Positions 9,070 to 20,988 of a stretch of 64,000 bases of DNA are shown here, in pieces (the stretch's first letter is position 1; every line of letters starts with the position of its first letter). The translations under genes were made by a program, and so were the position numbers. The stretch covers positions 17,057-81,056 of the forward strand of contig CAYZVX010000001.1 in assembly GCA_964482055.1 (NCBI GenBank). Reading direction: 5' to 3'. Under the pieces are notes generated by a model. It was not told the origin of the DNA. It did no database searches and saw only the letters and a list, made by a program, of their open reading frames with translations. Source of the stretch: an uncultured Acidiferrobacteraceae bacterium. GTDB taxonomy: Bacteria > Pseudomonadota > Gammaproteobacteria > Acidiferrobacterales > Sulfurifustaceae.

Positions 9070-9999
9070 TTGGACATCTTCGCCCAGCAGATCATCAACG
9101 GCCTGATTCTGGGCAGCATGTATGCGCTCGTAGCCCTCGGCTACACCATGGTGTATGGCATCTTGCAGCTCATCAATTTCGCGCACGGCGAGGTGGCGAT
9201 GCTCGGGGCCATGTTTTGTCTCACCGTAATCAATGCGCTGGTGGCAAGCGGGGCCGGGCTGCCGGCGCTGGCCGTGATTGGCATCGGGCTGACCGTGGCG
9301 ATCCTCGCCTGCATGGCGCTTGGCTACGGGCTCGAGCGGGTGGCCTACCGGCCGCTGCGCGGCGCGCCGCGCCTGACCGCGCTGATCACCGCCATCGGCA
9401 TGTCGATCGTGTTGCAGAACGCGGCGATGCTGGTGTGGGGCAAGCAGTACGTGAGCTTCCCGGCCGTCGTTCCCTTGGCGCGCTTCGAGCTGGGCGGCGC
9501 CGTCGTCTCCAGCATCCAGATCGTGATCCTGGCGCTGGCGGTTGTCCTGATGGCGGTGTTGCTGCTGCTGGTGCATCGCACGCGTCTGGGCCGCGCGATG
9601 CGCGCGACCGCACAGTCGGCGGAGACCGCCTCGCTCGTGGGCATCAACCCGAACACGGTGATCTCCATTACGTTCGTGATCGGAGCGGCGCTCGCGGCCG
9701 TGGCCGGGGTGATGGTGAGCGCCTACTACGGCATCGCGCACTACCACATGGGCTTCCTGCTCGGGCTCAAGGCCTTCACGGCGGCGGTGCTGGGCGGCAT
9801 CGGCAACATCGCCGGCGCCATGGTCGGAGGTGTGCTGCTCGGGGTGATCGAAAGCCTCGCCGCCGGCTACATCGGCGACATCACCTTCGGCTTTCTCGGC
9901 AGCCACTATCAGGATGTGTTCGCGTTCTTTGTCTTGATCCTCGTGCTCACGCTGCGGCCGTCGGGATTGCTCGGCGAGCGCATCGCCGAGCGCGCCTGA
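9070..9999 (+). CDS. livH: branched-chain amino-acid ABC transporter permease
   Basis: 309 aa. MDIFAQQIINGLILGSMYALVALGYTMVYGILQLINFAHGE is the classical LivH N-terminus. Confidence 0.92.
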   Translation: MDIFAQQIINGLILGSMYALVALGYTMVYGILQLINFAHGEVAMLGAMFCLTVINALVASGAGLPALAVIGIGLTVAILACMALGYGLERVAYRPLRGAPRLTALITAIGMSIVLQNAAMLVWGKQYVSFPAVVPLARFELGGAVVSSIQIVILALAVVLMAVLLLLVHRTRLGRAMRATAQSAETASLVGINPNTVISITFVIGAALAAVAGVMVSAYYGIAHYHMGFLLGLKAFTAAVLGGIGNIAGAMVGGVLLGVIESLAAGYIGDITFGFLGSHYQDVFAFFVLILVLTLRPSGLLGERIAERA

Positions 10000-10008
10000 G
10001 TCGCCCCG

Positions 10009-11142
10009 ATGACCGACCGGATTTCCCGCTGGTCTCACTGGAAGCGCGATCGGCGCATTGTGCTGGCATCGTACGTCGCGCTCATCATCGCGCTGGCGGT
10101 GCTGCCGTTCGTGGTGGGTGCGGGCCTCGGGCGCGGCTGGGTGCGGATCCTGGATTTCGCGCTGCTCTACGTCATGCTGGCGGTGGGGCTCAATGTCGTC
10201 GTGGGTTACGCCGGCCTGCTGGATCTCGGCTACATTGCCTTCTACGCGGTCGGCGCCTACCTGTATGCGTTGCTGGCCTCGCCGCACTTCGGCCTGCACC
10301 TGCCGTTCTGGCTGCTGCTGCCGTTCGGGGCGGTGGTGGCGGGCCTGTTCGGCGTGCTGCTCGGCGCGCCGACGCTCAAGCTGCGCGGCGATTACCTCGC
10401 CATCGTTACGCTCGGGTTCGGCGAGATCATCCGCATCTTTCTGAACAACCTCAACGCCCCGGTCAACATCACCAATGGGCCGCAGGGCATCACACTCATC
10501 GACCCGGTGGCGCTCGGTGGGTTTTCCTTTGGTCAGCCGCACACCCTGTTCGGCGTGGCGGTGCCGGGCTTGTATCTCTACTACTACTTGTTCCTGCTGC
10601 TGGCCGGCGCCATCATTTTCGTGTCGTTGCGTCTTGAGCACTCGCGCATCGGCCGCGCCTGGGTGGCGATCCGCGAGGACGAGGTCGCGGCCGAGGCCAT
10701 GGGCATCAACACGCGCAACGTGAAGCTGCTCGCCTTCGCGATGGGCGCGTCATTCGGCGGCATCGCCGGCGGGCTGTTTGCGGGATTCCAGGGCTTCATC
10801 AGCCCGGAGAGCTTCAACCTGTTCGAATCGATCATCGTGCTGTGCATGCTGGTGCTGGGCGGCATGGGGAATATCCCGGGCGTGGTGCTCGGCGCGATCC
10901 TGCTCACGACCTTTCCCGAGGCGCTGCGTTATCTCGGCGAGCTGCAGCAGTTGCTGTTCGCCCGGGTGCTGGTCGATCCGGCCGATTTGCGCATGCTGCT
11001 GTTCGGCGTGGCGCTGGTGCTCGTCATGATCTTCCGCCCGGCCGGCCTGCTGCCGTCGCGCCAGCGCCGCCGCGAACTCATCGTCGAACCCACAGTGCTC
11101 GCCCAGGAGCAGGCGTCGGTCTATGACGTCCACCGTCGCTGA
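10009..11142 (+). CDS. livM: branched-chain amino-acid ABC transporter permease
   Basis: 377 aa, polytopic. Contains the LivM-type motif GYAGLLDLGYIAFYAVGAY. Confidence 0.9.
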   Translation: MTDRISRWSHWKRDRRIVLASYVALIIALAVLPFVVGAGLGRGWVRILDFALLYVMLAVGLNVVVGYAGLLDLGYIAFYAVGAYLYALLASPHFGLHLPFWLLLPFGAVVAGLFGVLLGAPTLKLRGDYLAIVTLGFGEIIRIFLNNLNAPVNITNGPQGITLIDPVALGGFSFGQPHTLFGVAVPGLYLYYYLFLLLAGAIIFVSLRLEHSRIGRAWVAIREDEVAAEAMGINTRNVKLLAFAMGASFGGIAGGLFAGFQGFISPESFNLFESIIVLCMLVLGGMGNIPGVVLGAILLTTFPEALRYLGELQQLLFARVLVDPADLRMLLFGVALVLVMIFRPAGLLPSRQRRRELIVEPTVLAQEQASVYDVHRR

Positions 11143-11955
11143 AGGCGCGCCGCCAGGCGGGACCGGCTCTGGCCCGGATGCCGCGGGTCGGGCGCTCGCG
11201 CTGCTCGAGGTGCAGGGCATGTCCAAGCACTTCGGCGGGGTGTCGGCGCTCGAGGGCGTGTCGTTGCGCGTCCAGGCCGGCGAGATCTTCGGCCTCATCG
11301 GTCCGAACGGTGCGGGCAAGACCACGCTGTTCAACTGCATTACCGGGCTGTACGCCCCGGAGGCCGGCCGGGTGCTGCTGGCCGGCGAGCCGATCGAACG
11401 GCTGAAGCCGCACCAGGTGACCGCGCAAGGCGTGGCGCGCACGTTTCAGAACATCCGGCTGTTCGCCAACATGACGGTGCTCGAGAACGTGATGGTGGGG
11501 CGCCACGCCCGCACCCGGGCCGGCGTGTGGGGTGCGGTCTCGCGCAATGCCGCAACCCGTGCGGAGGAGGCGGCGATCGTGCGGCGTGCCCACGAGCTCC
11601 TCGACTATGTCGGCCTTGGTGCGCACGCCCGCGCGCTCGCCAAGCACCTCGCCTACGGCGACCAGCGGCGCCTCGAGATCGCGCGCGCGCTCGCCACGGA
11701 TCCGCGCCTGCTCGCGCTCGATGAGCCGGCCGCCGGCATGAACGAGAGCGAAACCGCGCAGCTCAAGGGTCTGCTGCGCCGCGTCCAGCGCGACGGTGTG
11801 ACGGTGCTCATCATCGAGCACGACATGAGGCTCATGATGGATGTCTGCGATCGTATCGGCGTGCTCAACTTCGGCCGGAAGATCGCGGAAGGCGCACCGG
11901 CCGAGGTGCGCCGCCACCCCGAGGTCATCGCCGCCTATCTGGGCGCGGGGTTCGC

Positions 11956-11959
<4 letters not shown>
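11123..11959 (+). CDS. livG: branched-chain amino-acid ABC transporter ATP-binding protein
   Basis: Walker A GPNGAGKTT, LLEVQGMSKHFGG, signature YGDQRRLEIARAL and LDEPAAGMN. Confidence 0.92.
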
Positions 11960-12663
<704 letters not shown>

Positions 12664-12679
12664 CGGAGGGCACGGACAC

Positions 12680-14074
12680 ATGGCGCAGGAGCGCAGACAG
12701 TCGATACATGGCGAGTGGTCGTCGCGCTGGGCGTTCGTGCTGGCGGCGGCCGGCTCGGCGATTGGTCTGGGCAATATCTGGAAGTTCCCCTATCTGGCCG
12801 GGGAGAACGGCGGCGGCGCGTTCGTGCTCGTCTACCTCGCGTGCGTGGCGATCGTCGGCCTGCCGATCATGATGGCCGAGATCATGCTCGGCCGGCGCGG
12901 CCGGCGCAGCCCGATCAACACCATGCGCGTGCTCGCGCACGAGGCGCACGTTAGCCGGCACTGGCAGTGGCTCGGCTGGGGCGGCGTGGTCGCGGCCTTC
13001 ATGATTCTGTCCTACTACAGCGTGATTGGCGGCTGGACCATCGCCTATGCGATACGCGTGAGCGCCGGCGTGTTCGCCGGGCAGACGGCCGAGGCGGTGG
13101 CGGGCGCCTTCGACCAGTTCGTGGGTGACCCCGAGCGGCTGCTTGCCTGGCACACCGTCTTCATGGCCATGACCACGATCGTGGTGTCACGCGGTGTGCG
13201 CAGCGGTCTCGAGCAGGCGGTGCGCTACCTGATGCCGGCGCTGTTCGTGATCCTGCTGGTGCTGGTCGGCTATGCGATGGGCAGCGGCGCGTTCGGCGCG
13301 GCGCTCGGCTTTCTGTTCGCGCCGGACTTCTCGCGCCTGAGCGCCTGGGTGGTGCTGGCGGCCATGGGCCAGGCGTTTTTCAGCCTCTCGCTTGGCATGG
13401 GGGCGATCATGGTGTACGGCTCCTACCTGCCGCAGCGCGCCTCGATCGCGCGCTCGGCGCTGAACGTCGCGGTGGCCGACACGACCGTGGCGCTGCTCGC
13501 CGGGATGGCGATCTTCCCGATCATCCTGGCGAACGGCCTGTCGCCCGCCCAGGGCGTCGGGCTCGCATTCAAGTCGCTGCCGCTCGCCTTCGCCCAGATG
13601 CCGGCCGGCGCACTGTTTGGCGGGCTGTTCTTCCTGCTGCTGGTGTTCGCCGCCTGGACCTCGGCGATCTCGCTGATGGAACCGGTGGTGGCCTATCTGG
13701 TCGAGAACCGCGGCCTGAGTCGCGTGCACGCCTCGGCCTGGGTGGGCTGCGCAATCTGGCTGCTCGGCATCGGCTCGATCCTGTCGTTCAACCTCTGGTC
13801 CAGCTACACGCTGTTCGGCGGCATGACCTTCTTCGACGTTCTCGACTTCGTCGCCTCGAACCTGATTTTGCCGCTGGGCGGCCTGCTGATCGCCGTATTC
13901 GCCGCCTGGCGGTTGTCGGAACGTGCGAGCCGCGAGGAGCTCGCGCTCGGCGAGCTCGGCTACCGCACATGGCGCCTTCTGACTCGCTACGTGACGCCGA
14001 TCGCCGTGCTGGGGGTGCTGCTGAACGTCACCGGCCTGCTCGCGTGGTTGCTGCGCCCGGTGGCGAGCGGCTAG
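12680..14074 (+). CDS. sodium-dependent transporter, neurotransmitter:sodium symporter (NSS/SNF) family
   Basis: 464 aa. WSSRWAFVLAAAGSAIGLGNIWKFPYLAGENGGGAFV is the hallmark NSS N-terminus. Starts 17 nt after livF. Confidence 0.9.
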   Translation: MAQERRQSIHGEWSSRWAFVLAAAGSAIGLGNIWKFPYLAGENGGGAFVLVYLACVAIVGLPIMMAEIMLGRRGRRSPINTMRVLAHEAHVSRHWQWLGWGGVVAAFMILSYYSVIGGWTIAYAIRVSAGVFAGQTAEAVAGAFDQFVGDPERLLAWHTVFMAMTTIVVSRGVRSGLEQAVRYLMPALFVILLVLVGYAMGSGAFGAALGFLFAPDFSRLSAWVVLAAMGQAFFSLSLGMGAIMVYGSYLPQRASIARSALNVAVADTTVALLAGMAIFPIILANGLSPAQGVGLAFKSLPLAFAQMPAGALFGGLFFLLLVFAAWTSAISLMEPVVAYLVENRGLSRVHASAWVGCAIWLLGIGSILSFNLWSSYTLFGGMTFFDVLDFVASNLILPLGGLLIAVFAAWRLSERASREELALGELGYRTWRLLTRYVTPIAVLGVLLNVTGLLAWLLRPVASG

Positions 14075-14079
14075 CGCCC

Positions 14080-16785
14080 TCAAAACGCCGCTACCCGCGG
14101 CGTGACGTTTGGCGGCGTGAGCCGTCGCACGATGCCCTGTTCCAGACACGCGAGCTGTGCCTTGTCCGTGATGGGCTCGTGGCGGTCCCGCGTGTTGACG
14201 AAGAAGATGTCCTCGGCGCGCTCCCCGTAGGTCGAGACCTTCGCGGCCATGAGGTTGACGCCGCACTCCTTGAGCGCGAGCGCCACCTGATAGAGCAGCC
14301 CGGGGCGGTCCTGGGCGACGACCTCCATGATCGTGACCGGGCGGCCTGGGGCCGGCGCGAAGCTGACGCGCGTCTCAATCGGAAAGTGCTTGAGCTGTCG
14401 GGGCAGCAGGGTGGCGCTGCGATCGGGACCCGGCTGGGGATGGAGCAGCTGCTGGCGCAGCTCCTGCTGCAGGTGCGCCAGCGCCCGCGGGTCAGTCACG
14501 GCTTGTCCGGCGTGATCGAGCGCCACGAAAGTGTCGAGGGCAAAGCCGCCGCGCGTGGTGTGGATGCGCGCGTCCATGATCGAGAGGTTGAGCCGGTCGA
14601 AGCCGCCGGTGATGATGGCGAACAGGTCGTCGCGATCCGGGCTATAGATGAGGAACTCGCTGCCGCCGAGCTCCGCGGCGTAGCGCGCGGCGACGAGCGG
14701 CAGATCGGCGGCCGCTGCGCTCGCCAGCACCTCGGCATGCCAGGCGAGGCTGTCGGCGTCGTAGTGCAGGAAGTACTCGGCCTCCATGGTGTCCCAGAAA
14801 TGCTCGACATGCTCGCCATACAGGCCCTTGTGCTCGAGCACCACGCGCGCGGTGGCGCGCAGATCCGCGATGTGGGCCTCGATGTCGAGCGGTTCGGCCA
14901 CCCCGCGCGCCAGCGCGCGTGAGGTTTCGCTGTAGAGCTGCGACAACAGCCGGCCCTTCCAGGTGTTCCACACCTTGGGGCTGGTGCCGCGGATGTCGGC
15001 GACCGTCAGCAGGTAGAGGAAGTCGAGGTGCTCCTGGTCGCCCATCTGCTGGGCGAAGGCGCGCACCACCTCCGGATCGGAGATGTCCTGGCGCTGGGCG
15101 GTCATCGACATGAGCAGGTGGTGGCGCACCAGCCAGCACACCAGGCGCGTGTCGTACTCGCTCAGGTTGTGCAGCCGGCAGAAGGCCTCGGCCTCTTTGG
15201 CGCCGAGCTCCGAGTGATCGCCGCCACGGCCCTTGGCGATATCGTGGAAGAGCCCGGCGATGTACAGGCGCTCGGGCTTGACGAGATGCTGGATGATCGC
15301 GCTCGCGAGCGGAAACTCGTGGCGGAACTCGGGCACGGTGAAGCGGCGCAGATTGCGCACCACCATCAGGATGTGCTCGTCGACCGTGTAGACGTGGAAC
15401 AGGTCGTGCTGCATCTGACCCACGATCTTGCCGAACACGGGGAGATAGGCGCCGAGCACCCCGTAGCGATTCATGCGCCGTAGCTCGTGGGTGATGCCGC
15501 GCGGCTGGCGCAGGATCTCCATGAATATGCTGCGGCATGCGAGGTCCTTACGCGCCTTGGCATCGAAGCGGCGCAGGCTGCTGCGTAGCAGGCGAATGGT
15601 GTTGGCGCGCACGCCCTTGAGTTCGGGATGCTGCTGCATGAGCAGAAACAGCTCGAGCATCGCGAACGGGCTGCGTTCGAACACGCGCGCGTGCCTGGCC
15701 TCGAGAAAATCGTTGTGCGCATGAAAGCGCCGATTGATTGGCCGGATGCGGGCACGACCGCGGCTCAAGATGGTTTCCTGGAAGTGCTGCAGCAGCAGCT
15801 CGTTGAGCAGTGCGAGCTCTTTGATGGCGCGGTAGTAGCGCTTCATGAAGAGCTCGACCGCCAGGATGCCCGGCTTGTCGCGGTAGCCCCACTGCCTGGC
15901 CAGCGCGCGCTGGTGGTCGAACAGCAGGCGATCCTCGCGCCGGCCGGCCAGCAGGTGCAATCCGGCACGCACTTGCCAGAGGAAGTTGCGCCCGCGCACC
16001 AGGGCGCGGTGCTCGGTATGACTCAGGAAGCCGCGGTCGACAAGCTCCTGCAGGCTGGCGCGGCCAAAGTGACGTTGCGCCACCCACAGGATCATCTGGA
16101 TGTCGCGCAGGCCCCCTGGACCGTCCTTGACGTTCGGTTCCAGGTTGTAGGCCGTGTCGTCGAAGCGGTGATGGCGCTCGCGCTGCTCGGCGAGCTTGGC
16201 GGCGAAGAACTTCGGCGAGGGCCAAAGGCGCGCCGGCCCGGTCAGCTCCGTCATGCGCTCGAAGAGCACCGCGTCGCCGCACAGCAGCCGCGCCTCCATG
16301 AGATTGGTGGTCACCGTGACATCGCCCTTGGCCTCCTTCACGCATTCCTTCAGGGTGCGCACCGAGTGGCCGACCTCCAGACCCATGTCCCAGAGAAAGC
16401 GCAGCAGGGACTCGACGAAGGTGCGCACGTCCTGCGCATCGCGCTCCACCAGGAACAGCAGGTCGATGTCGGAGGCCGGATGCAGCTCGCGGCGCCCAAA
16501 ACCGCCGACGGCGACGAGCGCGCAGCGGGTCGTTAGCGGGTGGGTCTGGCCGTGGACTTCCCAGGCGTGTAGGAGCAAGCGGTCCACGAGCCACGCGTGC
16601 CAGTGCACGAGCTTGGGCGCGTCCGGTCTGGCCAGGAACAGTTGGGTAAGCGCGGCGCGGCCGGCCCTGAGCGCCTCGCGAAACAGTGGCAGGGGCTGAG
16701 TCGCGCCCGCGAGCTTGCGGGCAAAGCTGGCGTCATCGAAGACGCCGTCGCGGCTCGTCCAGGGCGGCCCCAACATCGCCCGCAC
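14080..16785 (-). CDS. glnD: [protein-PII] uridylyltransferase / uridylyl-removing enzyme
   Basis: 901 aa with nucleotidyltransferase, HD (LFHDIAKGRGGDHS) and two C-terminal ACT regions. Adjacent to map, as in enterics. Confidence 0.95.
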   Translation of the reverse strand: MRAMLGPPWTSRDGVFDDASFARKLAGATQPLPLFREALRAGRAALTQLFLARPDAPKLVHWHAWLVDRLLLHAWEVHGQTHPLTTRCALVAVGGFGRRELHPASDIDLLFLVERDAQDVRTFVESLLRFLWDMGLEVGHSVRTLKECVKEAKGDVTVTTNLMEARLLCGDAVLFERMTELTGPARLWPSPKFFAAKLAEQRERHHRFDDTAYNLEPNVKDGPGGLRDIQMILWVAQRHFGRASLQELVDRGFLSHTEHRALVRGRNFLWQVRAGLHLLAGRREDRLLFDHQRALARQWGYRDKPGILAVELFMKRYYRAIKELALLNELLLQHFQETILSRGRARIRPINRRFHAHNDFLEARHARVFERSPFAMLELFLLMQQHPELKGVRANTIRLLRSSLRRFDAKARKDLACRSIFMEILRQPRGITHELRRMNRYGVLGAYLPVFGKIVGQMQHDLFHVYTVDEHILMVVRNLRRFTVPEFRHEFPLASAIIQHLVKPERLYIAGLFHDIAKGRGGDHSELGAKEAEAFCRLHNLSEYDTRLVCWLVRHHLLMSMTAQRQDISDPEVVRAFAQQMGDQEHLDFLYLLTVADIRGTSPKVWNTWKGRLLSQLYSETSRALARGVAEPLDIEAHIADLRATARVVLEHKGLYGEHVEHFWDTMEAEYFLHYDADSLAWHAEVLASAAAADLPLVAARYAAELGGSEFLIYSPDRDDLFAIITGGFDRLNLSIMDARIHTTRGGFALDTFVALDHAGQAVTDPRALAHLQQELRQQLLHPQPGPDRSATLLPRQLKHFPIETRVSFAPAPGRPVTIMEVVAQDRPGLLYQVALALKECGVNLMAAKVSTYGERAEDIFFVNTRDRHEPITDKAQLACLEQGIVRRLTPPNVTPRVAAF

Positions 16786-16786
16786 C

Positions 16787-17554
16787 TCAGGGCTCTTCGC
16801 CCGGAAGCACAGTGAGGATCTCGTATCCGGTTTCGGTCACGAGCACGGTGTGCTCCCATTGCGCCGAAAGCGAGTGGTCGCGCGTCACCACCGTCCAGTT
16901 GTCGGGCAGCAGCTTGATGTCGGGTTTTCCGGCATTGATCATCGGTTCGATCGTGAAGGTCATGCCGGGCCGCAGCTCGAGCCCCGTCCCTGGCTGGCCG
17001 TAGTGCAGGACCTGGGGGTCCTCGTGGAATTCGCGCCCGATGCCGTGACCGCAATACTCGCGCACCACCGAGAAGCCGTGCGCCTCGGCATGGCGCTGGA
17101 TGGCGTGCCCGATGTCGCCCAGGCGCGCGCCCGGCCGCACCTGGCGGATGCCGAGCAGCATGCACTCATGGGTGACCTGGGCGAGACGCCGCGCCTGGAT
17201 GGACGGCTCGCCCACGAAAAACATTTTGCTGGTGTCGCCATGGTAGCCATCCTTGATGACGGTCACATCGATGTTGACGATGTCGCCGCGCTTGAGCTTG
17301 CGGTCACCGGGAATGCCGTGGCACACCTGGTGATTGACCGAGGTGCAAATGGAGCGCGGGAAGCCCCGGTAGTTGAGCGGGGCCGGAACCGCCTGCTGCA
17401 CATTGACGATGTAGTCGTGGCACAGCCGATCGAGCTCCCCGGTCGTGATGCCCGGCTGAACGTAGGGGCGTATCATGCGCAGGACCTCAGCGGCGAGGCG
17501 TCCCGCGACCCGCATCTTTTCGATCTCTTCGGGGGTCTTGATGGTGACGGGCAT
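16787..17554 (-). CDS. map: type I methionine aminopeptidase
   Basis: Lies within ORF 16787..17872. Met at 17554 gives 255 aa (MPVTIKTPEEIEKMRVAGRLAAEVL...) with the metal-ligand context VCHGIPG and DIVNIDVT. Confidence 0.94.
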   Translation of the reverse strand: MPVTIKTPEEIEKMRVAGRLAAEVLRMIRPYVQPGITTGELDRLCHDYIVNVQQAVPAPLNYRGFPRSICTSVNHQVCHGIPGDRKLKRGDIVNIDVTVIKDGYHGDTSKMFFVGEPSIQARRLAQVTHECMLLGIRQVRPGARLGDIGHAIQRHAEAHGFSVVREYCGHGIGREFHEDPQVLHYGQPGTGLELRPGMTFTIEPMINAGKPDIKLLPDNWTVVTRDHSLSAQWEHTVLVTETGYEILTVLPGEEP

Positions 17555-17648
17555 GGGTGCGGCGTGGACGGGGCGCCTATTGTCCGTGATTGCAGCGGTG
17601 GAAAAAAGGCCGAAGGCGTAAGGATATGCGCCGAAGCCCTTGAATCGA

Positions 17649-17677
17649 TTGTCGTTGTCGCACCCCTGTGATATAAA
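17649..17677 (+). promoter_or_regulatory. candidate rpsB promoter with an extended -10
   Basis: TTGTCG (17649-17654), a 17-nt spacer ending in TGa, then TATAAA (17672-17677). The context tgtgatataaagcgcc resembles the conserved extended -10 rpsB promoter of gammaproteobacteria. It would give a 5' UTR of roughly 110 nt. Confidence 0.55.
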
Positions 17678-17795
17678 GCGCCCCGAAACTTCAACCCACA
17701 CGCGGTTCGTCACGTGCGCCCGGGTGCCCCGTTGCCATTGCGTCGGCGGGGTTGGCGGCACGGGAATCGCGGCGGAAAAACCCGAAGGAGACCAC

Positions 17796-18689
17796 ATGGC
17801 ACAAGTCAGCATGCGCCAGATGCTGGAGGCCGGCGTGCATTTCGGCCACCAGTCGCGGTTCTGGCATCCCAAGATGCGCCCCTATATCTTCGGGGAGCGC
17901 AACAAGATTCACATCATCAACCTGGAAAAGACGCTGCCGCTGTTCAACGAGGCGATGGCGTTTCTGCGCAAGCTTTCCGAGAACGGCGGGACCGTACTGT
18001 TCGTCGGGACCAAGCGCCAGGCCCAGGAGACGATCGAGCAGGAAGCCAAGCGTGCCGGCTGCCCGTACGTCAACCACCGCTGGCTGGGTGGCATGCTCAC
18101 CAACTTCCGGACCATCAAGAAGTCGATCGAGCGGCTGAAGACGCTGGAGAACATTCTCAACGAGGGCAGCCTCGGCAAGCTGAGCAAGAAGGAAGTGCTC
18201 ACCCTCGACCGTGAGCGCCAGAAGCTCGAAAAGAGCCTGGGCGGAATCAAGGACATGGTGGCGCTGCCGGATGCGCTGTTCGTGATCGCCGTCGCGCACG
18301 AGTACATTGCGGTGGCGGAGGCCAACCGGCTGGGCATCCCGGTGGTCGGCGTCGTTGACTCCAACTGCAAGCCGGATGGTGTCGATTACATGATTCCAGG
18401 AAACGACGATGCCATCCGGGCCATCCGCCTGTACGCGCAGGCCGCAGCCGACGCGGTGATCGAAGGCCGGGCGGCTCGCGAAGCGGCGATGCCGGCCACC
18501 GAGGAAGAGTTCGTCGAGGTGAAGGAGGAGCCGAAGGTAAAGGTCACTGCCAAGAAGCGCGCGGTATCGAGCGCGGAGGGGGAGGCGTTGGGCGCAGGCG
18601 AAGGCGAGAGTGAGGCGGCGGCCACGCGCGCGGCGCGACCGAAGGCCAAATCGGCCGCCGGCCGCGCCAAGAAAGGCGGCAGCGAGTAA
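17796..18689 (+). CDS. rpsB: 30S ribosomal protein S2 (with an acidic/basic C-terminal tail)
   Basis: ATG at 17796 follows the GGAG ribosome-binding site. [27 protein letters not shown] is the S2 N-terminus. 297 aa, of which the last 55 or so are low-complexity. Confidence 0.96.
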   Translation: MAQVSMRQMLEAGVHFGHQSRFWHPKMRPYIFGERNKIHIINLEKTLPLFNEAMAFLRKLSENGGTVLFVGTKRQAQETIEQEAKRAGCPYVNHRWLGGMLTNFRTIKKSIERLKTLENILNEGSLGKLSKKEVLTLDRERQKLEKSLGGIKDMVALPDALFVIAVAHEYIAVAEANRLGIPVVGVVDSNCKPDGVDYMIPGNDDAIRAIRLYAQAAADAVIEGRAAREAAMPATEEEFVEVKEEPKVKVTAKKRAVSSAEGEALGAGEGESEAAATRAARPKAKSAAGRAKKGGSE

Positions 18690-18708
18690 TCACAGGCCAT
18701 ACGGAAAA

Positions 18709-18739
18709 CCAAGGGGGCTTCGCCCCCTTGGTCTTATTT
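18709..18739 (+). terminator. GC-rich hairpin plus T-rich tract between rpsB and tsf (attenuator/partial terminator)
   Basis: ccaaggggg-cttcg-cccccttgg forms a 9-10 bp perfect stem (18709-18731), followed by tcttattt. Confidence 0.65.
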
Positions 18740-18770
18740 GGAACCCTAGACGACAAGCCCGGGAGCGGTC

Positions 18771-19655
18771 ATGACAATTACGGCACAAATGGTTAAGGAG
18801 CTGCGCGAGCGCACCGGCCTCGGCATGATGGAGTGCAAGGCTGCGCTCAGCGAAACCAACGGCGACATGGAGGCGGCCGCCGAACTGCTGCGCAAGAAGG
18901 CCGGCGCCAAGCTCGAAAAGAAGGCCGGCCGCACCGCCGCCGACGGCGCCATCGCCGTGCATGTGTCGGCCGACGGCCGGCTGGCCGCAATGGTCGAGGT
19001 CAACTCGGAGACAGACTTCGTGGCGAAGGGCGAGGATTTCCTCGATTTCGCCAGCAAGGTCGCGGCGCGGGTCGCGGCGTCGAATCCCGCCGACGTCGAG
19101 GTGCTCGGGAGGCTCCCGCTCGTGGACGGCGGCAACACGACCGTCGCCCAGGCGCTCGAAGCCCTGGTCGCCAAGCTCGGGGAGAAAATGGGCGTGCGGC
19201 GGTTCGAGCGTATCGCGAGCCCCGGGCTGATCGGGACCTACGTGCACGGCCGCAAGATCGGCGTGCTGGTCGAGATCGAAGGCGGCAACCCGGAGCTCGC
19301 CCGGGATCTCGCCATGCACATCGCGGCGAGCCGCCCGGAGTACGTCAGCAAGGACCAAGTGCCGGGCGAGCGCATCGCCAAGGAAAAAGAGATCTTCGCC
19401 GCGCAAGCCGCACAGTCCGGCAAACCCGCCAACATCATCGACAAGATGGTCGAGGGGCGGATCAACAAGTTCCTCAACGAGATCACGCTGCTCGGCCAAC
19501 CGTTCGTCAAGGACCCGGACACCACGGTTGAGAAGCTGCTCAAATCGAAGAACGCCAAGGTGCTGCGTTTCATCCGTTACGAGGTGGGCGAGGGCATCGA
19601 GAAGAAGGCAAGCGACTTCGCCGCCGAAGTCATGGCGACCGTCAAAGGGGGCTGA
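18771..19655 (+). CDS. tsf: elongation factor Ts
   Basis: 294 aa. [32 protein letters not shown] is the EF-Ts UBA-like N-terminus. Confidence 0.96.
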   Translation: MTITAQMVKELRERTGLGMMECKAALSETNGDMEAAAELLRKKAGAKLEKKAGRTAADGAIAVHVSADGRLAAMVEVNSETDFVAKGEDFLDFASKVAARVAASNPADVEVLGRLPLVDGGNTTVAQALEALVAKLGEKMGVRRFERIASPGLIGTYVHGRKIGVLVEIEGGNPELARDLAMHIAASRPEYVSKDQVPGERIAKEKEIFAAQAAQSGKPANIIDKMVEGRINKFLNEITLLGQPFVKDPDTTVEKLLKSKNAKVLRFIRYEVGEGIEKKASDFAAEVMATVKGG

Positions 19656-20393
<738 letters not shown>

Positions 20394-20395
20394 CC

Positions 20396-20962
20396 ATGGC
20401 GCAAAGCGTCGATCAAATAAAGAAAGATGCCGAAGAGCGCATGTCCAAATCGCTCGAGGCGTTAAAGAGCGATCTTGCCAAGGTGCGCACCGGGCGCGCC
20501 CACCCCGGCCTGCTGGAGAATATCCGCGTCGAGTACTACGGCAACAAGACACCGCTCAACCAGCTGGCCAACGTGGCCGCCACCGACGCCCGTACGCTCA
20601 CGGTGACACCGTATGACAAGAGCATGGGGCAGGTGATCGAGAAGGCCATTCGCGAGTCCGACCTCGGGTTGAACCCGGTGGCGGCCGGCGGCGTGGTGCG
20701 CGTGCCGTTGCCGGCGCTTACCGAAGAGCGGCGCAAGGAGCTCGGCAAGCATGTGCGCGCGGAGGGCGAGAACGCCAAAGTGGCAATCCGCAACGTGCGG
20801 CGCGATGCCAACCAGCACCTGAAGGAGCTCCTGAAGAAGAAGCTGATCACGGAAGACGAGGACAAGCGTGCGGAGGACACGGTGCAAAAGGCCACCGATC
20901 GGTTCATCGCCGAGATCGACAAGATCGTCGCCGCCAAAGAAAAGGAGATCATGCAGATCTAG
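20396..20962 (+). CDS. frr: ribosome recycling factor
   Basis: ATG at 20396 gives 188 aa ([40 protein letters not shown]). Confidence 0.95.
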   Translation: MAQSVDQIKKDAEERMSKSLEALKSDLAKVRTGRAHPGLLENIRVEYYGNKTPLNQLANVAATDARTLTVTPYDKSMGQVIEKAIRESDLGLNPVAAGGVVRVPLPALTEERRKELGKHVRAEGENAKVAIRNVRRDANQHLKELLKKKLITEDEDKRAEDTVQKATDRFIAEIDKIVAAKEKEIMQI

Positions 20963-20988
20963 CGGCGGCGCTGCGATTTGCCCGATTC

